The notes under the pieces were generated by a model. The model saw only the letters and a program-made list of their open reading frames with translations, was not told where the DNA came from and did not search any database. A stretch of DNA of 64,000 nt from positions 82,192-146,191 of the forward strand of contig LSNL01000006.1 in NCBI GenBank assembly GCA_003056145.1, read 5' to 3'. Of the stretch, positions 53,042 to 63,485 are shown one piece after another (position 1 is the first letter of the stretch; each line of letters begins with the position of its first letter). The position numbers and the translations under genes are program-made. Source of the DNA: Parcubacteria group bacterium M10-OD1-1. Its GTDB lineage: Bacteria > Patescibacteriota > Minisyncoccia > Moranbacterales > UBA2206.

Positions 53042-53482
53042 CTACATTGTACATCCAACAGGAGGAGTCATACCACTTGTTGTAATTGTCCAAGCATTAT
53101 TACAATTAGTGCCCGAAAAAGTGTTAGCTGCTGGAGTTACTGTTATAGCAGGACTGTTATTAACACAAGAAGCTACTGAAGCAGCCCAGGTTACTCCAGG
53201 AATCTTTAATTGAGTTGCAGTAGGTAATAAAACGCCTACGGCAGCTGAACAAAGATCTCCTCCACCAGCAGCTGGATTAGCTACTAAACTATGACTAGCA
53301 TCATCACAACACATAGTAATAGCTGGAGCAACAGAAGCTATAGTAGATTTAAAAGAAGCGACTCTAGCCTTTTCTCTTGCGCTATTTAAACTAACCAAGA
53401 CAATGGAAGCCAAAATACCAATGATTGCAATAACAATCAAAAGTTCAATCAATGTAAAACCTTGCTTATTTTCTTTTTTCAT
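53042..53482 (-). CDS. pilA: Type IV pilin, probable major pilin
   Basis: G|[20 protein letters not shown], strong extended SD, downstream hairpin. Confidence 0.85.
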   Translation of the reverse strand: MKKENKQGFTLIELLIVIAIIGILASIVLVSLNSAREKARVASFKSTIASVAPAITMCCDDASHSLVANPAAGGGDLCSAAVGVLLPTATQLKIPGVTWAASVASCVNNSPAITVTPAANTFSGTNCNNAWTITTSGMTPPVGCTM

Positions 53483-53582
53483 ATTTTCACCTCCATTTCT
53501 ATTTTTTATTTATTATACTTTCTATTAAAATCAATCATTTATCTAAATTTATTGAAAACTATCTATTACCCAACCATATTTT

Positions 53583-54794
53583 TTATTTTATCTGTCCAGC
53601 AATATTATAGATTGGCATTAAAATTGAAAAAGCAATAAAACCAACCGAAACTCCAATTACCACCATTAATACTGGTTCCAGCAAAGAAGCTAAATTTCTA
53701 GCCATAATCTCTGTTTCTTGATCATAGAACTTCGCAATATGCTTAAGGACTGAATCAATCTGCCCCGATTCTTCTCCAATAGCTATCATTCTAGAAACCA
53801 TTGGAGGAATAATCTCTTCTCGCTGAAAAATAATACTCATATTCCCACCTTTTTTAATTTCTTTGCTTGCCTTTAATAAAATATCTTTATAAACATCGTT
53901 GTCTACTAAATCACCTACTATAGCTAACGCTCTAATAATTGGAATTCCTCCTTCCAAAAGAACCGCTAGATTTTCTGCTAATCTGGTAATATAGACATAC
54001 CGATAAATAACTCCAACTATCGGTATTTTAATTTTAATATGATCCCACTCTCTTTTTCCATCTTTGGTTTTTAAATAGTACAAAATTAAACCGACAAAAC
54101 CGATGATAAAAATTCCGACTATCCACCAATATTTAGACATAAAATCTCCTAGATTAATCACCAATTGAGTATACCAAGGAACATTAGCTGATAATTCTTT
54201 AATAATTAAAGTTAGCTTAGGAATAATAAAAGAGACTAAAAGAAAACCAATAATAAAGAAAACAATCATAACAATCATCGGGTAAATCAAAGCTGATTTA
54301 ATCCGACTACTTAGCTCATAATTTCTTTCTAAATTTTTTGTTATATAATCAATAGATTTTTTTAAATTACCTGAAGCCTCACCCGCTCTCAAAATATAGA
54401 CTGAGAAATTAGAGAAAATGTCTTGATGTTTTTCCGTAGCTGAAGAAAAAGACATTCCATCCTCTATTTCAGTTACTATTTCTTTAATTACATTGGCAAA
54501 ATAAACATTAGCTGTTTGCTCTTGAATAGTTTTTAGAGAAAAAACAATTGGCACTCTTGCCTCAATCAAAATAGATAATTGTCGGAAGAAAACAACTAGT
54601 TCTTTATTGCTAACTTTATCAAAATATTTAGAAATATTTTTTGCAATATCCGCATCTTCTTTTTGGGATTTTAAGCTGGTAACAACTAAATTATTTTTTT
54701 GTAAAATAGAAACTGCTATCTCCTTAGAAGAAGCGTCTATCGTTCCTTTTTTGTATTCTCCTGTTTGAGATTTAGCTTCAAAGTTAAATTTCAT
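53583..54794 (-). CDS. pilC: Type IV pilus platform protein PilC (GspF family)
   Basis: FFRQLS, AGEASGNL, ALIYP, IGEESG, LLEP. Confidence 0.95.
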   Translation of the reverse strand: MKFNFEAKSQTGEYKKGTIDASSKEIAVSILQKNNLVVTSLKSQKEDADIAKNISKYFDKVSNKELVVFFRQLSILIEARVPIVFSLKTIQEQTANVYFANVIKEIVTEIEDGMSFSSATEKHQDIFSNFSVYILRAGEASGNLKKSIDYITKNLERNYELSSRIKSALIYPMIVMIVFFIIGFLLVSFIIPKLTLIIKELSANVPWYTQLVINLGDFMSKYWWIVGIFIIGFVGLILYYLKTKDGKREWDHIKIKIPIVGVIYRYVYITRLAENLAVLLEGGIPIIRALAIVGDLVDNDVYKDILLKASKEIKKGGNMSIIFQREEIIPPMVSRMIAIGEESGQIDSVLKHIAKFYDQETEIMARNLASLLEPVLMVVIGVSVGFIAFSILMPIYNIAGQIK

Positions 54795-54896
54795 ATTTTA
54801 TATTTTTGTATCTTTTATGAATAGCAAAGTTATCTTTCTTACTCTTTTATATTAGCATAAAATAATCACTGCAACAAACATTTTAACTATTTACAC

Positions 54897-55967
54897 TTAA
54901 TATTTTAACAATGATTCAAAATTTTTAGGATCTTTAGCGTATCTAATAGCTGAGTCAATAGAAACGACCCCTTGTTTAACTAAATTAGCCAAAGATCTAT
55001 CCATTGTAATCATTCCTTCATCTGAACTAGTTTCTATAACATTATCAATCTGATGTAGTTTATTTTCTCTAATAAGATTTTCCACTGCGTGATTTTTAAC
55101 CATTATTTCCACAGCTGGAATTCTCCCTCCATCCACTTTAGTCACCAGTCTTTGTGAAATAACAGCCACTAAAACATTAGCTAGCTGAGATCTGATTTGA
55201 TTTTGTTGATGGGCAGGAAAAACATCAATAATTCTATCTATAGTTTGCGGTGCATCATTAGTATGTAAGGTAGCAAAAATTAAATGTCCTGTCTCTGCTG
55301 CTGTAAGAGCAATACTGATAGTATCTAAATCTCTCATTTCCCCAACTAAAACTACATTAGCATCTTCTCGAAAAACAGCCTTAAGAGCTAGTTGAAAAGA
55401 TTTAGAATCTTGATAAATCTCTCTTTGATTAATAATACACTTATCTTGTTCATAAATATATTCAATCGGATCTTCAACAGTAATAATATGCCGTTCTTGA
55501 TTTTTATTTATTTCGTTAATTAGTGTCGCTAGAGTAGTGGATTTCCCTTGTCCGACTGGACCTACAACCAAGACTAATCCTTGAGTCATTTTAGTAAAAT
55601 CATAAAGTGTCTCCGGAATATTTAATTCTCTTAAATTTTTTATTTCACTAGGAATTAACCTAAACGCCACACTAATATAGCCTTGCTGAAAAAAAACATT
55701 TACTCTAAATCTGGCTTTATTTTCAAAATTATACGAAAAATCCGCTTGCCCTTCCTCTAAAAGAATCTTTTTCTTTTCTTCATTGATAATTGCATCACAC
55801 ATTCCTTGAGTAGCCTCAGGAGTCAATAATTCTCCTTGTGTAATAGGAAGTAATCTTCCATCTATTCTTAAAGTTGGATACCTTCCTACTGTTAGATGAA
55901 GATCAGAAGCTTTCTCTTGAGCAGTTAATCGCAATAAACTTTTTATTTTTTGTTCCGAATGAGGCAT
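54897..55967 (-). CDS. pilT: Pilus retraction ATPase PilT
   Basis: ASDLHL, GPVGQGKSTTL, TVEDPIE, GEMRD, AAETGHL, TLHT. Confidence 0.95.
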   Translation of the reverse strand: MPHSEQKIKSLLRLTAQEKASDLHLTVGRYPTLRIDGRLLPITQGELLTPEATQGMCDAIINEEKKKILLEEGQADFSYNFENKARFRVNVFFQQGYISVAFRLIPSEIKNLRELNIPETLYDFTKMTQGLVLVVGPVGQGKSTTLATLINEINKNQERHIITVEDPIEYIYEQDKCIINQREIYQDSKSFQLALKAVFREDANVVLVGEMRDLDTISIALTAAETGHLIFATLHTNDAPQTIDRIIDVFPAHQQNQIRSQLANVLVAVISQRLVTKVDGGRIPAVEIMVKNHAVENLIRENKLHQIDNVIETSSDEGMITMDRSLANLVKQGVVSIDSAIRYAKDPKNFESLLKY

Positions 55968-56018
55968 ATTCTTATTTTTTGAAAAATTATAGTCAATTAT
56001 TTACTTTTTACCTACCTT

Positions 56019-56420
56019 TTAAATTAAAAACTTTTTAATTTTTTCCATTACTTCAGATGGAGTAAACTGAGACTTTATTAAATAATCTTGCGCTCCCGCT
56101 TTAAACCCAGCCTTAATATTCTCTTTCTGGCTTAGATTAGTTAATAAAACTATTGGAATTTTTTTTAGATAATCTTTTTCTCTAATTTTTTTTAATATTG
56201 TCATTCCATCTGCATAGGGCATCACTAAATCTAAAAGAATTATGTCAGGATTAATCTTTCCTTCTTCTATTTTTTCAATAGCTATCCGACCATTATCCGC
56301 AATAATTAAATTATAACCTTCTTCTCCAAATTTAGTTTTATAGATATCTAAAACATAAAAGTCATCTTCAATTATCATTATGGTTTTTCTTTGGTTCTGT
56401 TTTTCTTTGTTAGCATCCAC
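56019..56420 (-). CDS. Single-domain response regulator (REC)
   Basis: IIEDD, ILLDLVMP, LLTN, YLIK. Confidence 0.9.
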   Translation of the reverse strand: MDANKEKQNQRKTIMIIEDDFYVLDIYKTKFGEEGYNLIIADNGRIAIEKIEEGKINPDIILLDLVMPYADGMTILKKIREKDYLKKIPIVLLTNLSQKENIKAGFKAGAQDYLIKSQFTPSEVMEKIKKFLI

Positions 56421-56438
56421 TTATTTAAATTTATCCAA

Positions 56439-58160
56439 TTAATCATTTTCTTCTGCCAATTCAATAGTCCCTTCTGTGACTCTTTCTATTTCCTCTACTG
56501 TTGAGAGTCCTTTTAAAACTTTTAAAATTCCATCTTGTCTCATCGTCAAAATCCCCATAGCTTCTTTCTCTTTAATTAATAAATCTTCATTTCCATCTTC
56601 TTCGGTCATAATATTTTTAATATTCTCGTTAATTGGGATTACTTCATAAATAGCCACTCTCCCCTTTAAACCCGTCCCATTGCAAGCATCACATCCTTTG
56701 CCATGATAAAATTTAGCTTCTTTCAGAGAATTAATCCCATAATTTTTTAATTCTTCTATCGATATATTTTCCACCTCCTCTAAAATAGCTGTTCGAACAG
56801 ATTGAGAAATTTTTTCTTCAGTTTTGCATTTCTCGCAAATTTTTCTAACCAGTCTTTGAGCTACAACTATTCGTAAAGAAGATGATAATAGAAATGGTTC
56901 TATTTTCATATCAATTAGTCGAGGAATAGCTCCAATAGCAGTATTAGTGTGTAAAGTAGAAAACATCAAGTGACCAGTTAGAGCTGCATGAACAGCCAAT
57001 TCAGCTGTTTCCTGGTCTCTAATTTCTCCCACCATAATTACATTAGGATCTTGACGTAAAATAGTTCTAAGCCCGTTAGCAAAAGTATAACCTATATCTG
57101 GATTAATCTGACTTTGATTTAAACCCTCAATATTGTATTCAATTGGATCTTCTAAGGTAATGATATTTCTTTCTTCCTCATTTAAGATTTTTAAAAGAGC
57201 ATACAAAGAAGTAGATTTACCACTGCCAGTTGGTCCAGTAAAAAGAATCATTCCATAAGTTTCTTTCAATGATTTTTTAATATCTTCCAGGGCCTTTCCC
57301 ATCAAACCCAATGACTCAATACTACTCAACCCTCTACTTTTATCCAAAATCCTTAAAACTATTTTTTCTCCAGAAATAACTGGTAAGGTAGAGACCCGAA
57401 AATCAATTTCTTTTTTACCGCTCGTAGTCCTAAAACGACCATCTTGAGGTTTTCTTTTTTCATCAATTTTTAAATTAGCTAATATTTTTATTCGAGAAAT
57501 AACCGCTGGACCAACTTCTTTAGGGATAAGTAAACTAAGATGTAATACTCCATCAATTCTAAAACGAACACGGTAATCACCGTCCATAGGTTCTATATGA
57601 ATATCACTCGCATTACTACTGATAGCATGACTAATAATTACCTGAACTAATTTAGTAACTGGTGCCTCTTTTAAAATTTCATTTTTCCTCTCTTCTCTTT
57701 CACTCCCCCTTTTTTCTCCTTCAAAAACGACATTTTCCTTTAGCAACTTAACTGCTTCATCAACAATTTCTGAGGCTTTTCCATAATTAGCAACAATTTG
57801 ATCAAAAATATCTGATTTAACAGCATAAATTTCTAATTCTATTTTTTCTTTTTCCGCAAAAAATCTCAAAGCATTTAAGGCGTTAATATCGCCTGGATTA
57901 ACCATAGCTACTTTTACTAGATTCTTTTTCTTCTCGAAAGAAGCGATTTTATATTTTTTAGCTACTTCTTCAGAAATTATATTAATTACTCGACTATCAA
58001 TTTTTTTAGGAGCAACCTCTAAACTAGCAATTTCAGGAACATTGTCATTATTAGAGTTATTTACTGGCACGGATTTTTCTTTTATGGTAGATAAAAAAGG
58101 TGAGTTTTTTTTAATAACTTTGTTAATAGAAAAATTAATAGATTTTATATTTTTTTTCAT
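56439..58160 (-). CDS. pilB: Pilus assembly ATPase PilB (GspE family)
   Basis: ASDIHIEP, GPTGSGKST, LRQDP, CEKC...GCDAC zinc motif. Confidence 0.95.
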   Translation of the reverse strand: MKKNIKSINFSINKVIKKNSPFLSTIKEKSVPVNNSNNDNVPEIASLEVAPKKIDSRVINIISEEVAKKYKIASFEKKKNLVKVAMVNPGDINALNALRFFAEKEKIELEIYAVKSDIFDQIVANYGKASEIVDEAVKLLKENVVFEGEKRGSEREERKNEILKEAPVTKLVQVIISHAISSNASDIHIEPMDGDYRVRFRIDGVLHLSLLIPKEVGPAVISRIKILANLKIDEKRKPQDGRFRTTSGKKEIDFRVSTLPVISGEKIVLRILDKSRGLSSIESLGLMGKALEDIKKSLKETYGMILFTGPTGSGKSTSLYALLKILNEEERNIITLEDPIEYNIEGLNQSQINPDIGYTFANGLRTILRQDPNVIMVGEIRDQETAELAVHAALTGHLMFSTLHTNTAIGAIPRLIDMKIEPFLLSSSLRIVVAQRLVRKICEKCKTEEKISQSVRTAILEEVENISIEELKNYGINSLKEAKFYHGKGCDACNGTGLKGRVAIYEVIPINENIKNIMTEEDGNEDLLIKEKEAMGILTMRQDGILKVLKGLSTVEEIERVTEGTIELAEEND

Positions 58161-58223
58161 CTCTAATTATTAGTCTTTTTTTATTTCTAGACTTGCTTTT
58201 TATTTTAATTTTTTAGCCCCTAC

Positions 58224-58982
58224 TTAAGGAAGAAACGGATTAGTTTTTCCTTTGTCACTAACTTTTAATTTCCAAGGGAATGTTTTAATACTCTGGCTAA
58301 TATCACTAATAACTTGAGTACCTATCTTACCACTTGGTAAAACAGTTTTACTAAAACTGTTATCTGATAACTGAAGTTTTTTTAGGACATCAAAATCAAT
58401 AGCCATTTCAGCTAAAATAACCCTGTTAGTTGATTTATCTGGCTGAGCATTAGCAGCTGACTTTACATTAACTTCTTTAGATAACTTTAAAGTAGCCACA
58501 TCATTATATCGATCTAACTGTCTTAAGTCATTAAAAAATTGCTTAATAGAACTATAGCTACCAGAAAGTTTCATATGCACTTCTACTTTTCGTGAAATAG
58601 GAAAAAGTGTTTGTTTTCGAGAATTAATTTGAACTAAATTATTCACTTTCAATGGTTTAACTACAATATCAAAAACTCCTAAATGATAAACTGAAGCTAG
58701 CATATTTAGATTATCAATCAGTTTCTCTTCTCCTATCTTTTCAGGAATAAACCGATAAAGAATAGCTTTCTTTAGAGAGACTAGATCTATTTGAGCTGAA
58801 ATTTCATTAGCTTTCTTCTGCATATTATCAATTGACAATATTTTTTCTTGGTATTGTTTTAATTGAGTATATTCATCTTTAACTCCATTGACCCCGTTAC
58901 TATATTGAGGATGCACAAACCAAATTAAAAGAACGATAGTCAAAATGATTATTATAGGTGTAATTAATATTTTTAGTTTCAT
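58224..58982 (-). CDS. pilO: PilO-like alignment protein
   Basis: N-terminal TM, coiled coil, GSYSSIKQFFNDL, position in the cluster. Confidence 0.75.
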   Translation of the reverse strand: MKLKILITPIIIILTIVLLIWFVHPQYSNGVNGVKDEYTQLKQYQEKILSIDNMQKKANEISAQIDLVSLKKAILYRFIPEKIGEEKLIDNLNMLASVYHLGVFDIVVKPLKVNNLVQINSRKQTLFPISRKVEVHMKLSGSYSSIKQFFNDLRQLDRYNDVATLKLSKEVNVKSAANAQPDKSTNRVILAEMAIDFDVLKKLQLSDNSFSKTVLPSGKIGTQVISDISQSIKTFPWKLKVSDKGKTNPFLP

Positions 58983-59018
58983 TTTTATTTTTTTAATATT
59001 TATAAATTAATAATCTGT

Positions 59019-59543
59019 TTATTTTAATTTTAATTTAATAATAAAATGAACCTCTCCTGTCTGAGTATCTAAAAAATTATTACCTGGAACTACAGTTATG
59101 AAAAAACTGTCTTCCTTAAAACTTAAAATTTGCCTAGCGACTGAATAAAAGCTACCACTAATACAATTCAATAGAATAATATTTTTAGTTTTATCATAAT
59201 TAAGCGATTCTAAATGAACAGCTGGAATCATGGCTGATTCTATATTATTTAATATCTCATTCATATCCTCCCGTTGAGCTAACATCTTTTTTGCTACTGA
59301 TGTTCTATTCTTGAAATCTAAAACATCATTTACTTTTCCAGCTAAAACTTTTTTATATTTAATTTGATATTGGCTTTTAGCCACTTGGACTTGAGCAGCT
59401 ACTTTTTTTTGTAAAACGATTAGTCCTCCATAAACAATAATAGTTACAGTTAAAGCTATAATAGCAATAACCATTCCTTTTTTAGGAGGTCTTTTATTAT
59501 TTCTATTTTCTTGATTACCAATGGCTAAATTTATATTGGACAT
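59019..59543 (-). CDS. pilN: PilN-like alignment protein
   Basis: INL motif, TM, coiled coil, position after pilM. Confidence 0.75.
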   Translation of the reverse strand: MSNINLAIGNQENRNNKRPPKKGMVIAIIALTVTIIVYGGLIVLQKKVAAQVQVAKSQYQIKYKKVLAGKVNDVLDFKNRTSVAKKMLAQREDMNEILNNIESAMIPAVHLESLNYDKTKNIILLNCISGSFYSVARQILSFKEDSFFITVVPGNNFLDTQTGEVHFIIKLKLK

Positions 59544-59589
59544 ATTTTTTATTTAAATTATTTTTTCTTTTTATTTTTATTATTTATTT

Positions 59590-60675
59590 CTATGACTTAT
59601 TTGTATTTATACCCATTAAAGCCAAGCCAACAGCAACTGAAAACTGAGCTTTTATTTTATCAATTACAGATTCTAACTCACTATCGTATTCTACCCGACT
59701 AAAAGGATTCCCAATAACTGTCTTCATATTTAGTTTAGTTTGAAAAAAATTATCAATTCCTTGCAAATTAGCCGTCCCACCAGATAAAATTAAAGCATCA
59801 ATATGAATATTTGGATCCTCTTTCAAAATAGTTGCCAAAATTCTAGCTATCTCTTCCGCAATAGATTCTAAATTAGGAAATTTAATGCTTGATTCTTTAC
59901 TAAAGAAAGACTTTTCTGAAATTTTCATTTCTTCGGCTCTTTTTTCTGAAATACCTAAACTCTTAGCAATAGTATCGGTTAAATCAAATCCACCAGCATC
60001 AATATTACGATTAATTTTTAGGACGCCCCTTTCAACATAGATGATATTACAAACGCTTGCCCCAATATCTACTATTATAAATCGTCCTTTATCTTTTCCA
60101 ATTAACGAATTAATCATCGCTAAATTTTCTATTTCTATTCCAGCAGGAATAAGTCCTACTTCTCTAACGACTTTTTCATAAGCATTAATTTTGCTCTTAG
60201 AAGCCACCACTAAGAGGATTCGAATTTTATTTTTAACTTCGGGTTTAGTTTTTTTCTCTTTAGCCTGACTTTCACCTTTAATAATCTCCCAACTCAAAAC
60301 TACTTCATCTAATGAAGTCGGGATATATTTAGTAGCTTCAAATTTCACCGCCTGTTCTATATCCTCATCTGGCATATTTGGTAATTCAATTAAAGTAATC
60401 AATCCGCCAAAAGCAGGAATGGCAATGTAAGCATTTTTACTTTTAAACTTACTCTCTTGAATGATTCTTTTTAGATACTTAGGTAAAATTATTTTAAAAA
60501 ATTCTGAATCATTATCATTATTTTTATCGCCTACATTTTTATCGCCTATCTTTATCCAAGCATAATTAACTAAACGAGGCTTATCCCCTTTCATCTCTAA
60601 CTCCACTATTTTTAAGCTAGAAGTTCCGATATCTATTCCAAGAAAATTTTTGTTTTTGAAATTAAAACCTAGCAT
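59590..60675 (-). CDS. pilM: Type IV pilus assembly protein PilM
   Basis: LGIDIGTSSLKIVEL, VDIGA, LSGGTA, AVGLA. Confidence 0.93.
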   Translation of the reverse strand: MLGFNFKNKNFLGIDIGTSSLKIVELEMKGDKPRLVNYAWIKIGDKNVGDKNNDNDSEFFKIILPKYLKRIIQESKFKSKNAYIAIPAFGGLITLIELPNMPDEDIEQAVKFEATKYIPTSLDEVVLSWEIIKGESQAKEKKTKPEVKNKIRILLVVASKSKINAYEKVVREVGLIPAGIEIENLAMINSLIGKDKGRFIIVDIGASVCNIIYVERGVLKINRNIDAGGFDLTDTIAKSLGISEKRAEEMKISEKSFFSKESSIKFPNLESIAEEIARILATILKEDPNIHIDALILSGGTANLQGIDNFFQTKLNMKTVIGNPFSRVEYDSELESVIDKIKAQFSVAVGLALMGINTNKS

Positions 60676-60758
60676 TTTTTATTTTTAAAATTTTATATTT
60701 ATTGATTGATTAAATAATACACTATTTTTTAAAATTTATCTACTCTTAATTAATGAAG

Positions 60759-60767
60759 TTATCCACA
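60759..60767 (+). promoter_or_regulatory. Perfect DnaA box in the divergent pilM/clpC intergenic region
   Basis: TTATCCACA. Confidence 0.5.
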
Positions 60768-60802
60768 CTTTCTTATTTTCATTTCTAACCTTCAAAATAT
60801 AT

Positions 60803-60831
60803 TTGACATTTGCTCGTTTTAAAAATAAACT
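60803..60831 (+). promoter_or_regulatory. clpC promoter
   Basis: TTGACA-17 bp-TAAACT. Confidence 0.7.
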
Positions 60832-60865
60832 ATAAACATCTTTAATTTAACTATTCTCAGTTTTT

Positions 60866-63448
60866 ATGATAAAAAAAAGTACCCCCTCTTTATTCGAAAA
60901 ATCTAATAAGCGATTGACTAATCATGCTAAAATTTCTCTTTTACAAGCTCAGGATATTGCTAATCAATTAGGAGATAAAAAAGTAAAAAATATTCATCTT
61001 TTTTATTCTATTTTCTGTGAAGAAGGCAGTATGGGTTCTATTATTATGCAGGATTTAGGTATTAAAAAAAAATTTTTTAATACCTACCTAAAAACTTTAA
61101 ATCCTCCTTCTGCTTCTCAAAAAACTAAGCTTATTAATAACCTTCAAAAAATTTCTACTTCTCTAAAAAATACTCTTCTACGAGCTCATGTCATCGCAAA
61201 AGAATTAAATTACGCTTATGTTGGAACTGAACATTTAGTTTATACACTTTTAGAATCCAAAAATAAAGAAATATCTTCTATCCTTTCTAAGCTTAAAGAA
61301 AAATCCATCAACCCTCATCAAATAAAAGAAGCTCTCAGGGAGACTAGTCAACCTCAAAATAGTTTGATAGCTAAAAAGAATTTTAATTTTAATTTTAATA
61401 ATGAATTTATGTCCAATATTCCTTCCGATACTCCCGCTAACTTAACAGCTGGACACCTTGACCTAACTCAATTTATTAAAAATAATAAAAAAACTTCTCC
61501 TACTCCCTACACGGATAATTTCTGCCTTAATATAAATAAAAGAGTAACTGAAAAAAAAGAAATCATCATTGGAAGAAAAAAGGAACTTCAAAGAATTATT
61601 CATATTTTAGGTCGGAAAAATAAAAATAATCCGCTTTTACTGGGTTATCCAGGAGTAGGAAAAACAGCTATTATTTATGGCTTAGCTCAATTAATTAACA
61701 CTGGACAAGTACCTACTTTTCTTCTAGAAAAAAGAATTATGAGCTTAGATATTGCCTCTTTAATTGCTGGAACTAGCTTCAGAGGAGAATTTGAAACTCG
61801 CCTGAAAGAAATTTTAAAAGAAATAACTACCCATAAAAATATCATTCTCTTTATTGATGAGCTTCATACTATTGTAGGAGCTGGCAATATTCCTGGAGGT
61901 TTAGATTTAGCTAATATTCTTAAACCAGCTTTAGCCGAAGGAAATTTTAAGTTAATTGGAGCAACTACCTTTTCTGAATATAAAAAATACATCGAAAAAG
62001 ATACCGCGCTAGAAAGACGCTTCCAATCAGTCGCTATTCAAGAACCTTCTTTAGTTGAAACTAAAAAAATTCTCTTAGGTGTTAAAAAACACTATGAAGA
62101 TTTTCATAATGTTTCTATTTCTTCAGAAGTCATTGATTTATCTGTTGAGCTTTCTGACCGCTATTTAAAAAATCGCTACTTACCTGATAAAGCAATTGAC
62201 ATCTTAGATGAAGCAGCTTCCAATCTACGGTCTCAACGAAAAATATCAGCTACGGAAATTAAACTTCGTCAAATCCAAAAAAGAAAACAACAACTTACCG
62301 AAGAAAAAGAAAATTTAATCAATTTAGAAAATTATCAACGAGCATCTGAAATCCAAGAGTTAGAAAAAAAAGATCTTCATCAAATTACATTGATTAAGAA
62401 GCAACTAGCTCTAACTAAACAAAAAAACCGAAAAGAAATTAAGCCAGTAGATATTTTTAAAACTTTTTCTCATATTTCTGGTATTCCAGAAGAGAAATTA
62501 GCTCAATCTAATAGTAAAAAAATTAAAAACTTAGGTAAAAAATTAGCTCAACAAATAATTGGACAGAGTAAATCTCTTGAGAAAATTCATAATGCCATTT
62601 TGAGATCCCAGTCAGGAATTAGCAATCTAGATCGTCCTTTAGGCTCTTTTCTTTTTATGGGTCCCACTGGTATTGGAAAAACACTAACAGCTAAAACTCT
62701 AGCTCAAGAGCTATTTTCTAACTCTGCTTCTTTAATTCGCATTGATATGAGCGAATTTATGGAACGACACACTATTTCTTCTCTTATTGGCTCTCCTGCT
62801 GGTTATGTTGGCTACGGAGAAGGTGGAAGATTAACTGAAAAAGTTAAAAAGAATCCTTATTCTGTAGTTTTATTTGATGAAATAGAAAAAGCTCATCCAG
62901 ATATTCATAATATTCTCCTCCAAATTTTAGAGGATGGTCTATTAACTGACGCTGAGGGAACAGAAATAAACTTTAAAAATACTTTAATAATTTTGACTAC
63001 TAATATTGGAACTAACGATTTTACAACTGCTGCTAAAATTGGATTTGAATCCAAAAAATCTATTCCTTTTACTTCTCAATTTAAAAGTATCGAGGCAACT
63101 GCCCTTAGAGCACTAAAGAAAAAAATTAGACCAGAGCTTATTAACAGGTTGGATAATATTCTAGTTTTTAACCCTCTTAATATTAAAGAGTTAAAAAAAA
63201 TTACTGAGCTAGAAATTAAAAAAGTTAAAGCCAGACTAAAAAAACAAGATATAAAATTATTGGTAGCAACTCCAGTTCTTCATCAAATAGCTCAAAAAAG
63301 TCTCTCTGCTAATCAAGGAGCTAGATTAGTTAGAAAAAATATTCAAGAAATGATTGAGAATAAGATTGCTGAAATGATTATTCATGAACGAATACAGCAC
63401 CAGCAAATAACTATTAAACTAAAGAATAATAAACTTAATTTTTCTTAG
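60866..63448 (+). CDS. clpC: ClpC-type Hsp100 AAA+ ATPase
   Basis: Clp N-terminal repeats, two Walker A motifs (GYPGVGKT, GPTGIGKT), UVR-like middle domain, IGF loop. Confidence 0.9.
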   Translation: MIKKSTPSLFEKSNKRLTNHAKISLLQAQDIANQLGDKKVKNIHLFYSIFCEEGSMGSIIMQDLGIKKKFFNTYLKTLNPPSASQKTKLINNLQKISTSLKNTLLRAHVIAKELNYAYVGTEHLVYTLLESKNKEISSILSKLKEKSINPHQIKEALRETSQPQNSLIAKKNFNFNFNNEFMSNIPSDTPANLTAGHLDLTQFIKNNKKTSPTPYTDNFCLNINKRVTEKKEIIIGRKKELQRIIHILGRKNKNNPLLLGYPGVGKTAIIYGLAQLINTGQVPTFLLEKRIMSLDIASLIAGTSFRGEFETRLKEILKEITTHKNIILFIDELHTIVGAGNIPGGLDLANILKPALAEGNFKLIGATTFSEYKKYIEKDTALERRFQSVAIQEPSLVETKKILLGVKKHYEDFHNVSISSEVIDLSVELSDRYLKNRYLPDKAIDILDEAASNLRSQRKISATEIKLRQIQKRKQQLTEEKENLINLENYQRASEIQELEKKDLHQITLIKKQLALTKQKNRKEIKPVDIFKTFSHISGIPEEKLAQSNSKKIKNLGKKLAQQIIGQSKSLEKIHNAILRSQSGISNLDRPLGSFLFMGPTGIGKTLTAKTLAQELFSNSASLIRIDMSEFMERHTISSLIGSPAGYVGYGEGGRLTEKVKKNPYSVVLFDEIEKAHPDIHNILLQILEDGLLTDAEGTEINFKNTLIILTTNIGTNDFTTAAKIGFESKKSIPFTSQFKSIEATALRALKKKIRPELINRLDNILVFNPLNIKELKKITELEIKKVKARLKKQDIKLLVATPVLHQIAQKSLSANQGARLVRKNIQEMIENKIAEMIIHERIQHQQITIKLKNNKLNFS

Positions 63449-63485
63449 TTTTAAACATCTATTTAATTATTGATAAAAAAAATTA